A DNA stretch of 64,000 nucleotides from Adineta vaga. Its lineage: Eukaryota; Animalia; Rotifera. How positions within the stretch are numbered: the stretch's first letter is position 1; the number at the start of each line of letters is the position of its first letter. Under the pieces are notes generated by a model. That model worked only from the letters and a program-made list of their open reading frames with translations. It had not been told where the DNA came from and did no database searches. The position numbers and the translations under genes are program-made. The stretch is taken from assembly GCA_021613535.1 (NCBI GenBank), contig CP075493.1, positions 10,141,179 through 10,205,178 of the forward strand. Reading direction: 5' to 3'. Shown here in pieces: positions 1-11,756 of the stretch.

Positions 1-92
1 TCCACAAAGTAGCAATGAAACAGCTAAATATATGGCTGATTTAGTAATAGCTCATAATAAATATCTATTTTCAAAATTATCTTTTCTTTTAA

Positions 93-626
93 TTCTTTAG
101 GTTTGTAAAACAATCGGTTCGGATCGTGGAGCTCAATATGGTAAGTAAATTCTTGTGAATAGTTAGTTATTTTTCCCTACTACTGATGATCTCATTTCTC
201 AAGCTATTCTTACTTCTGTTGGAGCAAATTCAACATGTTATCCAGGCATTCTATGTGATGGCACTGAAACAAATTTTCATGAATGCAAATATGAACGATC
301 ATTAACAGCAACTAATACCAATGATTTATTTGCAATTATTACTCGATGTATCAGTAAGATTCTTTCTTCTAGGCAAAATTCTATTCATATTACAAATAAA
401 ATCATATGTTTTAGTTGATGGTGGATTTTCTCCTTGGTCTGAATGGTCTACATGTACAAAATCATGTGATACGGGTGAACAAACTCGTTCTCGAACATGT
501 ACACAACCATCACCTTCAATTCTCGAATCTGAATTTCATTCACTTAATTCTTCATTAGTCGGTCGGAATTGTACAGGAGATTATACGCAAGTTAAAACTT
601 GCAATGAACAAATATGTAAAACATAA
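93..626 (+). CDS. 3' terminal exons of a secreted SRCR + thrombospondin type-1 repeat (TSP1) protein. The gene starts upstream of the window. Exons about 93-133, 185-351 and 414-626.
   Basis: Translation ...CYPGILCDGTETNFHECKYERSLTATNTNDLFAIITRC matches the SRCR domain C-terminus (C.G.E..L..C...C). The following exon, GGFSPWSEWSTCTKSCDTGEQTRSRTC, is a canonical TSP1 repeat (WSxWSxW...CSxTCG). gtaagt donors at 133/134 and 352. Stop TAA at 624-626. Confidence 0.6.
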
Positions 627-676
627 ACCGGTTCTTTTTTTTCTTCTTTATTTACAAAAATAAATCTCTGACATAT

Positions 677-1670
677 TTAACGAAAATATCCCTCTACTGT
701 CCAAACACGATTATTAGTTGTAATTCGTTTATGTCGATATATTGCAAATGAACCACGAAATGAAGCGTTAGTGGCAGCATATAAGATTGGAAATAGTACA
801 GATTTCAATATGAGAATATAATAAGTAATTTGTAATGTACGCTGAATTGTTTTTGTATTGAGAAACGTAATTAAAACTCGAACACTTATCCATGGTAAAC
901 AAAGACATAGAAATGCTAAACTTAAAATTAAAACATGCCGTGTCATTTTCTTCTGTTCTACATAATGTTTACGATCGATTGAGTCAAGTCCTCTTGGTCT
1001 TTGTTGACATAGATGATGGGCAAGTAGAATCATTCCTATGAAAATACATAAAAGTGGAAATGAATAAATAACACCAATTTCGGTATAAGCCATCCATGGT
1101 GGATGATAAATTGAAGTTGTATACGTTGTGCAATACGATGTAATATTTGTTGTTGATGAAGTCATTGTTAAAAGATAATTTGATGAATTGATCATAAATG
1201 GTATTCCGTAAAAAAGAAATGAAGCAATCCATGTTGTAATCAATAATATGATTATATAACGACGACGAATATTTTTCGATAATTGTTTTAAATCATATAA
1301 ACGAACATATATCATAAATACAATACTATAGATAGTACAAGCCAAAGCACATGATTCACCTATAGCTAATGCTGTACATAATCTTGATGTTAATGGATTT
1401 CCATAAGCACTAACAAAACGCATTGGAAGAACAAAACTTCCAATAAATAGATCGATAAATGCTATACCTAAGATAAACATATTTGACCAATGTTTTCCAT
1501 CTGCACGAACAATATATGTTATAAATACACAAATCTAAAAGTTGATCTTAATAAGTCTGAAATATTCGATCGAATTCAAAACTTACATTTCCAATAATAA
1601 TTGCAGCAATAAATGCTAATAAAGCAAGTTTTTCCGGTATGGATGATGAATCTTCGTATTCTACTGCCAT
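677..1670 (-). CDS. Rhodopsin-like 7TM G-protein-coupled receptor. Two coding exons (1670..1587 and 1534..677), about 313 aa.
   Basis: ATG at 1670-1668 (MAVEYEDSSSIPEKLALLAFIAAIIIGN). gtaagt donor as revcomp of 1581-1586; ttttag acceptor at 1535-1540; phase consistent. Exon 2 shows seven hydrophobic helices, DRY-region-like 'LCQQRPRG' after TM3, 'CLCLPW' in TM6 and 'NASFRGSF' after TM7. Confidence 0.65.
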
Positions 1671-1706
1671 TTTACTTTATCAATCACAAATAAAAGAAAG
1701 AGATTT

Positions 1707-1725
1707 TATATATATATATACATAA
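1707..1725. repeat. (TA)n dinucleotide microsatellite
   Basis: tatatatatatatata read directly at 1707-1725 in the GPCR 5' flank. Confidence 0.9.
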
Positions 1726-3001
1726 TGAAATTGGAAATGAAAATGCAAACTTCGTCAATCGTAATTGAAGTGGGCGAATATGTGACTTCCCTTTTAATTT
1801 ACACTTTACTTATGCAAAGTGTTATATGAGCAAATAATTCAATACCATTAGAATTTAAATTGACGTCGTTTTTTTCTTCTCAACTGAATTTATATTGTCA
1901 ATCAAAACTTTATAAATTATTCTTTGAAATTATATTTATTTGAAGAAGAAAAAATCGACGACATATTACAGTACGTTGTTTATTATTCATAGTGTCAATT
2001 AAATTCATATTATAAACATGTCAGAAGAAAAGGCGTCTATGAATTATTATTATCTTTATATTTATAATAGGTTGATTTTCAAACACTTTGACATTGTCGC
2101 TATGTTTGGGATAATTATTTAGTGACAATAAATTAATAACCTTTATGATTTTACTTTCAACAACTTGAACCAGAAATAAGAGGAAAACATATAATTTAAT
2201 AGGTTTTAAAACTGATGACATTTAAATAAAGTTCGGCATTATAATTAAAAAAGAATAGAAAAGAAAATTGCTTAATGTATTTGTTTGCAAAATATCAATA
2301 AGGTGGACAGTTGCATCACCGATAGTGAGTCTTGCATGTCGTTTGATTGTACTTTAGACAATCGACTCAATAATTGAAAGGCATGTGAATATCATTTGTG
2401 ACCGAAAAATACGAAAAGAAAAGCTTACATATTATCTCAGTTGATTTATTATAGAATATCAGAACTAATTCATGCCGCATGCTTATATTTTCTTTCTTTT
2501 GTTATTTGTGATCGATCGTATAGTAAATTATTTTATTTCTTCACAGATTTAGATTGAGTCGTCGATTTTACAGCGCTCTTTTTCGTTCCAGATTTGACTC
2601 TTGCTGATGTTGAATTCACAGGCTAAAATATCAAGAGATGATATAGACAAAAATCAAGTACTCGCATACTAAAGAAGATAGTGGTCTTGAAGTGGATGCA
2701 TTTAAGTTGTTGTCGTTTATAGTCAAACTTGTAACTGCTTGATTGAGTGCAGGAACTCTTCCCTTCTTATACAATACGGCATTACGATAAAGTATGCCAA
2801 CAATTGATTGAGATATATAATGTAATCGCCCGTATTTCATTAGAAAATCAGGATACTTTTGTCCGTATTGCTCACGAATACTTTGAATACGTGATTTATC
2901 AATTGTATAACCAGTTTTGCCTGAATCAACTAAAACATAAATTAGACCAGATTAACAGACTGAAAATATCGAACTCTGTGCATTCGTTATCTAAAAAATC
3001 A

Positions 3002-5921
3002 CTAAATTGAATATTCGATAAAACTTAACATACTAGCTGATGCAAACATTCGAGCTAATTCAATAGCTAAACTTTGACAAGTACGTTGTCGATGTCCTTC
3101 ACTATTTTGATCAACAACGACTGCATGTAAATTATAAACTTCGCCATAACTTGTTGCACCTAATGTTGAAAGATAATAATCAATAATATCTTCAGCTGAG
3201 ATGGGTGTTGGATGTATAATCTTCTTGTCGGCTGCATAATCCAATGGAGGAACGGAATATTGAAGTTTAAATTCTGAACCCCAATAAACCTTTTTGTAAA
3301 AATAAAAAAGAATAAGTTAATAAAATAAATTAGTTATTTACAAAATATTTATCGCCATCCAAATCTGAGCCAGCAATTTTATGAAAATCAGGTCCTAACA
3401 GAATTCATCGATTTTAACCAATACAATCAATATATATTTTCTACTTACGATCTCCTTTCGTACTAAAAACAATAATATCATGTAAATCATACAATTCAGG
3501 TCGATCAACTGCATTTAATACCAACATATCACCAGCATACGGGCTGAAAAGAATGTAGCCTTTCATTAGAGTAAAAAGTTTGAAAGAAAATTACCAAGGA
3601 TTTTTTGTCACAATGACTTGTCCTTCTACACATTTATATTGACGATTTGGTAATGATTTACCATTATGATCTAATACTTCGTAACGAATAAAACATGTTC
3701 CTGGTTTTAATATTGTTTCAAATGCACAACCAAACATAAATCGACATTCATTTTCTGGTAAGGGAATTTTATTTTTTAATAAATGTCTAAAGACAAAGCC
3801 ATCAGTATGACATGTATAAGTAATCAGATCTTTACTCGGAATATATATAATTGGATGGAGCGTTCTGAAACCATTGTTCTTGTAGACGAAGAAATGTTTC
3901 ATTTGGAACACCAAGATCTGACATAAGAAGAATGATTTGATTATTTAATCGTGTTGGTGCTAAATAAAAATGAAAAATAAACATATCTTATTTTCGTTGA
4001 AAATGAATAGATTCATCCTACTTGCTACACTATGCTCACAAATCTCTAAAGTCCAGTCGTTACATTCAAATTTTTTCATTGATGGTCGAATTTTAATGTA
4101 AAATTGTTCGTTGGTCGATTGAGGATCAATAATTAGAAGACCTTTACAACCTGCCATTCGAATTTGATAAGCAGATGACATTATCTTTGAAATACAAACA
4201 GAATGCTATACGAATTCATATGATATTCGAACATACTGGAATATTTTCAGTGAAACGCTTGACTAAACCTTTCGAAATAAAGCCATTGCCATCAGTGAAA
4301 CAAAATCCATTTCGTTCGATATCATCGATACATCGAACACATATTTCTCCTTTCAGAACACGTTTGTTAAATTCTTGTTCGGTTTCACAATAAACCAATT
4401 TAATCTACAGATAGTTTTTAAAACTTTTCTTCGATCTTATTATTTTAACTTACGCCCGTTGGAGAACTCTTACTAAACCATAGACCTAATCTTGCAGCAT
4501 ACGTTCCTAGATTGTCAATTTGATTTAATTCACCTAGTTGTGATCGTTTTTGATGGACATCATTCAATGTTGATGTTTTCATAAACCAAAAAACATGTTC
4601 TTTAATCTGTGAATTGGATGATCCAAATAAATGAAAACGATCTCGACCAATTTCAATACCAGCTCGAAATATCTGTCGAAAATTATCAGTATTATTATTG
4701 AGATATTGATTAGGAGGATCAGGTTTTAAGTAAACAAGACAAAAATTATCAGCACCACCAAATGATTCATGACGCATAGCACGATGGCCTATGGTTTCTT
4801 CTTTTGGCATTATACAGAGACGCGTTGGCGTTATATGAACAACACCAACACGAAACAATTTACTTTTGTTCTAAAGCAATAGAAGATTTGATGAAATATC
4901 GATATTTATTATTGATTTACTTTTATTGCGATTTTATTAAATTCATCTCGATTGAATATAGTTGTCAAATCGAACCAATGACATGCTTGAAGTTCACGAA
5001 AAGCTTGTAGTGCTAATTGATAGAAACGTTCTTCATTCTCTTCAGCTAAGTCAACTAGTGTGCTTTGAAGTTGATCATTCATGAGATACTTATCATCAAA
5101 TACATATCCTAATGAATGAAGCATTGCCATAGCATAACTAGTTCCACGAGTTGGATACCAATTAAATTCAATTTTATCCCATAATTTACGTACATTTTGT
5201 TCGATAGATATCTTTGTATACAAGATTTTACACCGATGTACATGTCGCAAATAATTGAGAAACTGATCAGCAACAGATTTAGGAGAAATACGTATAAGAA
5301 TTTCACTACAAAGACTTATTGATTTGATAAGTGGTTGATCACCATATAATCTAAATAGAGAGAGATGAACTGAATGTCTGTTACAAATGTTCAATTAAAA
5401 TACTTTGAACTTTGCATATTATCGATCATTTGTACTTCTTTAATCAACTTATTCATGTTTATTATGATCTCTGCACGAGTATCGTAGTCTATGACGAAGA
5501 TATGTTTCTCAACATGACATATAGATAAAGTGAAACAAATCGTCGTTGTCACAGTATTTTGACATTTTAGCTGCAGTGTATTTTGATCAGAAAGTGTCAT
5601 TGTCCATTGAGGTGCTCCAATGTAGGATATGTCATGAATAAGAAACTTTGACGTTGAGAGTAGAGAGCCGAATGATACACGAATATCTTCGCCAATATTA
5701 GTGTTAAATTGTATAAATTTATGTCTGCGATTGGATGGTAAATTGATTGAAAGCCAAATTTGTGGATTTTGATGAATTAACGAAGAGAATTTCAAATGGA
5801 TGTCATTAGCCTGTGTTATTGAACATGAAAAAGAAATCTCTTTTTTATTCTTAATATATCTTGTAGATAATCCAATAGATGATGAAATTGAATCAACTAC
5901 ATTAGCTGGTACATTATACAA
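3002..5921 (-). CDS. Eukaryotic cellular RNA-dependent RNA polymerase (RdRP, RDR/EGO-1/QDE-1 family); multi-exon, about 850-900 aa.
   Basis: Minus-strand exons contain the diagnostic RdRP block ...GQVIVTKNP(C/W)... followed, after short introns, by PYAGDMLVLNAVDRPELYDLHDIIVFSTKGD and LLGPDFHKIAGSDLDGD (revcomp of about 3370-3420). The catalytic DLDGD motif is present. Flanking exons (4445-4858, 4909-5394, 5391-5921, 3002-3244) are collinear on the same strand. Confidence 0.75.
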
Positions 5922-6826
5922 TATACAATCGATAGAATCTCTAAGTAAAACAAGAAATTAAAATTAAACGACGGAACCAGATTGGATCACCAATCCGCAA
6001 AATCACTTACTTTAATTTACTCATGCTTTGCCCGTCGTAAAAATATTGTGCTCTATGGATGTCAGACAACCATTGTTTCAAAAGCAAAATAGAGAAAGAA
6101 CGAAACTACGTTTGACTTTTACACATGTATTTCTTTCTTTCTTTCCCTCACTTGTTGAGTTTCTTGATAAAAGAAAAATATTCAACGATAATGATTGCAC
6201 AATCACTGGGAAATACTCAATAAATTCTTTGTTACAACTTTGCTAGTATTTAAAGAGTATCCATTACAACTCAATTGGTATCTGAAACATTCGGTCAGTT
6301 AGTATACACTACATGAATCACTTTTACAATCTCAAATCATAAAATTTATTTAACTTTTCAAATAACAGGTAAACTTTTGTTCATCCAATAGATATGTGTA
6401 TTTTTTTTCTCATATAAATAAGTAAAATAAATCAAAGAACAAGCACAACTCAATAGAATATGAATATAACATAGATAATAAAGAAGAAACAACAACAGAA
6501 AAAAAAATACAAAAAAAAAGAAGTTAATTTTCTAATGATCATGATAACAATGATAGTATTCAAAACATTTGCATAAAATTCAAAATAAATCTAAAGTATG
6601 ATTTTGTTCTTTTCGAAAATGTTCTCTTTGTTCACAAATAATGTATAGAGATTTCAATGTTCGACTAGGAAATTCTGTTAGAATAATAAATGATTAAAAG
6701 ATATATGGAATGAAATTCGTAGCACACAGAAAATATGTTTAAAATGCAATAGAGAAGTAAAAAATGAAACAGAGAGTACACGAGTATCGAATGTGTGACT
6801 AAAAATTAAATCATTTCAATAAAATG

Positions 6827-9800
6827 TTATGCCGTCAACACTGCGCGTTCCAAATACCATCGTTGTTTCGAATGATTTCCTTCTTCACATGGAGCTAAAA
6901 TAGAATTATGTATAGAAAATAATTCTTTCACTTTATCATCAATTTGACTTACCAACAATTATTTTACCGGATTGTGTTTTTGAATCAACAATCATACATT
7001 GACCAGATTTAACATGTTTTATATGTTTTGTCTAGAATTATAAATTGTTTGAACAACAAAATAGGAAATGAATGAAGAGAACTTACTTCATTATTATAAT
7101 TCCAGATTTGTTTATCATTTCCTTCGGAACATTTTTGTAGTTTAACTATTGTGTTTGCATTACTTTCAAAGCATAAATCATCGAAACGTAGTTGTCCTTT
7201 TTTGGAATAGATCAGAATCTATAGAAAATAATATAGTAAAGAATGAGTACTTATTATTAAGAACAAAGTTAGAGTGCATAGAACAAAAAGAAATCTAGGA
7301 ATTGTGAGATGTTAATGGATTAGTTTCAATGAATGCATCATGTGTTCAAAATAAACATGTATCGATTTTAAACACTTGAAAACTAGACTGTAATCAACAA
7401 TTATTCATTTATGCTACTCTAATACCGTATATATTATTAACTCATTCATATGATGATTACTTTCTAATATTCAAATTCGATGCATGCCAATTTGGTGATA
7501 AATTTAGATTCAACAACAAAATGTTTGCATGCATAAATCACCTTTCTTTGCCCCATGGGCGAATAAGAACAACAATCAACATGCAGAAACAAGAACTCTT
7601 TTTTTTCACATGCTCTATCTTCCAACCTGATTCACGGCTGCTATAGGTGAATCGATTCGATCCAAACAAGTTTGTGTATTTATCGTTGCGGTACGATTTG
7701 CTTTTTGAGTACCGAACGCATTATGAGCAGTCAAACAGGATTTTAATTCGTTACGTATCTGAAAATAGATGAAGAAAACAGATTAATATACACACCTGAT
7801 TAGTACTATCATGTTGGCAAGGAGAAATGCCTGCATTTTGATTCACTCCATTATCGATATTATATCCCAGTGAATCAGCACAACCTTGTCCTTCATTTTT
7901 CAACTAATCAATATGAGAAATAGAGGTTCCAGATAAGAAATATAATCTGAACGATGATCAAAAAGATACAGAGACAAAAAAAATAAACTCACCGCTCCAA
8001 CATGATGAAAATGTATTGGCAAAGACGTTTCAGGATAAATGTTTTCTAAATACCATTGAAAATCTTTACATTGAAGACGTTGACGTAATGCAAGACGTTC
8101 GGATACATCACCAGCGTCCACACGTTTCAAGTCTATGTAAACAACCATAATACTCTCTCTAATTCAATCGATTATAATACAAACCAGGCATAACTGCATA
8201 GACAAAATCTTTGTATTTATCAAGCCATACTTCAACAAGACGTTTATTATTATGAAAAATAACAGTTCCTGTACCACCGGGAAACGTATATGGTGTTTGT
8301 TTACGAAATACATGACCGACATGACTACCTTGAAAAAAGAAAGAAAACAAAAATTCAATTAAAATCTATCGATCAATATTAGACTTACATGGATGAATGA
8401 GAACTTTGCCACCACATTGCCAAACACGAAATGACATTTCTAAATTTTCACCACCCCAAACTTCCATGCCTGGATCATAAGCACCTATTTCATAAAAATA
8501 TTCACGATTGATTGTAAACAAACCACCTGCCATTGTTGGAGATCTACGAAATCAAATGGAAATATTTAAAAGAATCAAGATAAGATTAGTCTTTTTTTAT
8601 TGTACAATAATGGTAATGAATGATCACGATTTCGTCGAAGTTCTTCTCGTTGTGGAACTGGATACCAACGAAAATTTAATCTCCAATTGAATCCACCCTA
8701 AAGAATCAACGAATAATCTTAACTGATTACGTCAGTTGAAGTTTTACAATACCCAAGTCATATCACTACCAGTTAAATAAGCAAAATCATTGTCACTAAT
8801 AACATCAATTATTGGACATACAACAGCCGTTCTAAAAATGAATTGATTTAAGAAAACGATTATCAATCGACGCGGGTACTATATTCTTCTTTGTACATAC
8901 CTATCTTTCTTTACTTCGTATAATAGATATTCAAGCCATCCAGGTGAACATTCAATATGTGCATCAAGAAACGTTAATGTATCTCCTGTAGCTATTTCAG
9001 CACCTGAAAATGCAATGAAAGAACATAAATATATATATATGTAGGTATTCATGTTTTCATTTTGTTTACTCTACCTCGTAGACGAGATTTCATTAATCCT
9101 AACCGTTCATTATTTCTCAATATACGAACTGTTACAGGTAAATCTTTTATAAATGTCTCCAATGTATCTTTTAGATAGGCTATAATAGAGAAAAATCGAT
9201 GAAACGAAAAAAAAGATGATTATAATAAATGCATACCACGATTGACACTAGCATCATCAACCATAATAATTTCCCTGATGTATTTTGTTGGACTTCGAAG
9301 TATAATACTTGTTAATGTACGAAGTAATGTTGAATTACCTTCGTTATGAAATACAATAACGATTGATGTTGTCGGTAAATCAACTGGAAATTTATGTGCA
9401 AGACAACTAAAATATAAAAATAAAGAAATCAGTTTTCAGATGAAATGATAATCAACAATCGAACCTTGATGATCGTTGATCTTTAATTGATCGATTTAAA
9501 GCTACAAGGTCAGAAGCGAGAATGTTAAATTGATTTTCTGCAAAACGTTTTTTCGCTTCGCTTTGTAATTCAGAAGGAATAACAACAGCACGTCCAGCTT
9601 CACCATGCCAATTAGTTGGATTTGTTACACCTGTTATGAGAAGAAAGCTTTTCTTTTTTACCTGATATTTTATCAAATTTCATGTCAAACCTGGTGCAAC
9701 TTCCCACCATCGACGAATCACGCTAGTCGTTGTTATTACATTTTGTATTCCATTAATAAATTGTGTTCTATTTCGATATTTTCTTCGATCAATAACTATT

Positions 9801-10048
9801 TTTGGATGTATTGGAAGACTACGGTCAGATACTTGAGAATGACTATCGACTACTAAAGCTGATGTTCGTGAACAAGGAAGAATAATTTCTTTCGTACAAT
9901 CAGAAAATAACATTATAAAAAAGACATCAATAAATATCCAAAATAATGATGTATAAATAACTACATGAAGATATTGACGTTTCCATAAACGAAATCGTTT
10001 AAAGAAGACTTCCGTTGGTGTTGAATGATACGGTGAAAGGGGATTCAT
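6827..10048 (-). CDS. Polypeptide N-acetylgalactosaminyltransferase (GalNAc-T, GT27 family) with C-terminal ricin-B lectin domain. Type-II membrane protein, multi-exon.
   Basis: N-terminal exon (10048 down) has a short cytosolic tail plus TM ([22 protein letters not shown]). Mid-gene revcomp of about 8400-8470 gives [17 protein letters not shown] (GalNAc-T Gal/GalNAc-T motif). The 3' exons (6840-7200) encode QxW-type ricin-B repeats (...[14 protein letters not shown]..., ...[11 protein letters not shown]...). Stop at 6827-6829. Confidence 0.75.
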
Positions 10049-11330
10049 TGAGAAGCACCAAGATTGATTATAATTTTATAGGATGTTAATATAAATGAAA
10101 TAAAAATCTAAAAAGAAAATAGACAAATAACATATATGTATGTATATATGAACCAATCTAAACGATCATCCTTGATTTGTTTATCGAGAAAAAAGAGAAC
10201 TTACTGCGCAAAAGAAACTTGATTATATTGTTGTATTGACATAGAAATTCAGAATTCTTATTCAAATAAATGATATAGAAAGAACAGCATTATTTCCTGA
10301 CGGAGGCGTTTCAATGGTAAAATAAGTAGACATGCAATGTAAATTGAGGAAATAACATACTTTCTCTCTTTCTCTCTCAAGTAGATGTTTATCTTTTCTT
10401 TGCCACGTGTACATATAAATAAAAGGTAGTATGCATTTTATCAATACACGATTAAATTCTCATTGATACTTTATTAAATATATTCTTCATAAGATGTTAC
10501 TTAATTTACTGTTGTTTTGTTTGATTTGAAACCATTTTTTCTATGATGTTAAAGAACAACCAGTAGAAGACATCTTTGATAAATGATAAGAATGCGACGA
10601 CATATGGTAGTATAGATGGGCTTAGTTATTGATACATAAAGAATCAAGAGAAACATTTTCTTTTCTTATGAATACAGATACTTCCTGTTAACTCATTTAT
10701 AAAACGAAACAATTGTATTTTCGACGAATAGATATTTTACAGATATCAGTATTTTTCAAGCCATAAATCTTCGTCTATTGTAAATGTTTGAAACTTCTCA
10801 CAAAAATTTTACAAAAAACGATAATAGGATCCTCCACAAGGCTTTATCATGTAAATACAACAAATCAAGGTTGTTTTATCGGTTTTTATATTCTTTTAAT
10901 CTCTAGCTTTTCGTAAAAAACAAATATTTACATTGTTCTTCATTTCAATTTCATTGACTAATTGCTGAATGCTTCTTCTACATCAACAATAATAGTTATA
11001 AATACACTCTTTTTCTAAAATAATTGTTTTTAAAATTGAATTTTTTTTAATCGATATTTAATACTGAGAAGCGAATTTAAAGCTCTATTCGATTTGAAAG
11101 TATCTAGATTATAAAAGCAAAGGGATAAGTTCGTTGAAATTTTGTATTTCTGTTTGATTGAATTTTGAAGTTGTTTATTATAGCGCCTATCATTGAGACT
11201 ATTGCAATGATTAAATTTGTCAAAAGTATATGAACAATTTTGAATTTGTCGCATGATCAGATTCGCCATGAATTCATAAAAGTAGGATACAAGAGTTCAG
11301 TTCACATTTATTAAGCAGAAGAAAGAAAAA

Positions 11331-11558
11331 TTAAAGTTTCGTTGATCGTGTTTCTGTTCTAAGAACTTGAATAATTTGTGCAAGTGCATCAGGATGAACA
11401 CCACTTTCAAGTAATCGAACACATGAAGTTAATGTTTTCTTATCTAGACCAGTATTGAGCAGTTGAGATAATTCATGAAGACAATCGAGTGCTTCACGTG
11501 CTTCATTTGTTGAAGATTCACTAGCTGTTGTTGTCGAAGCTGATTTAATGATTGGCAT
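11331..11558 (-). CDS. MZT1: MOZART1 / mitotic-spindle organizing protein 1 (gamma-tubulin ring complex subunit); single exon, 75 aa.
   Basis: Intact 75-aa ORF ...ALDCLHELSQLLNTGLDKKTLTSCVRLLESGVHPDALAQIIQVLR. It closely matches the MZT1 core (LxEIS.xLNTGLD..TL..CV.L.E.G..PEAL...I.ELR). Confidence 0.7.
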   Translation of the reverse strand: MPIIKSASTTTASESSTNEAREALDCLHELSQLLNTGLDKKTLTSCVRLLESGVHPDALAQIIQVLRTETRSTKL

Positions 11559-11756
11559 TGTTTTTTTTGCTTATCTTAAAACAAAACAGATAAACTGAAC
11601 ATTTGTTTATTTAAAAGAAAACAAATAATAAATAAATGTTTTTTTATTCACATTAAAACAAATAATAATTCCACTGTTGTACGACATAAAAAGAAAAGAA
11701 AAGAAAATAGATGAATCTGACAAGAAGAATAAAACGTTGGAAAAAGAAAAACAGAT

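Noticed and set aside
984-1232. 82-aa minus-strand ORF inside the GPCR exon.
   Set aside because: Alternative frame of the 7TM coding exon, which is the long frame with recognisable TM helices; overlap artefact.
2270-2990. Possible small exons or ncRNA in the GPCR-RdRP intergenic region (e.g. 2631-2840 - ORF, 2747-3010 + ORF).
   Set aside because: No recognisable motif or splice-consistent chain. The 2747-3010 + ORF overlaps the RdRP 3' end on the opposite strand and is probably 3' UTR antisense.
8508-8690. 60-aa + strand ORF within the GalNAc-T locus.
   Set aside because: Antisense to GalNAc-T exon/intron sequence; the GalNAc-T frame is supported by the [17 protein letters not shown] motif on the opposite strand.
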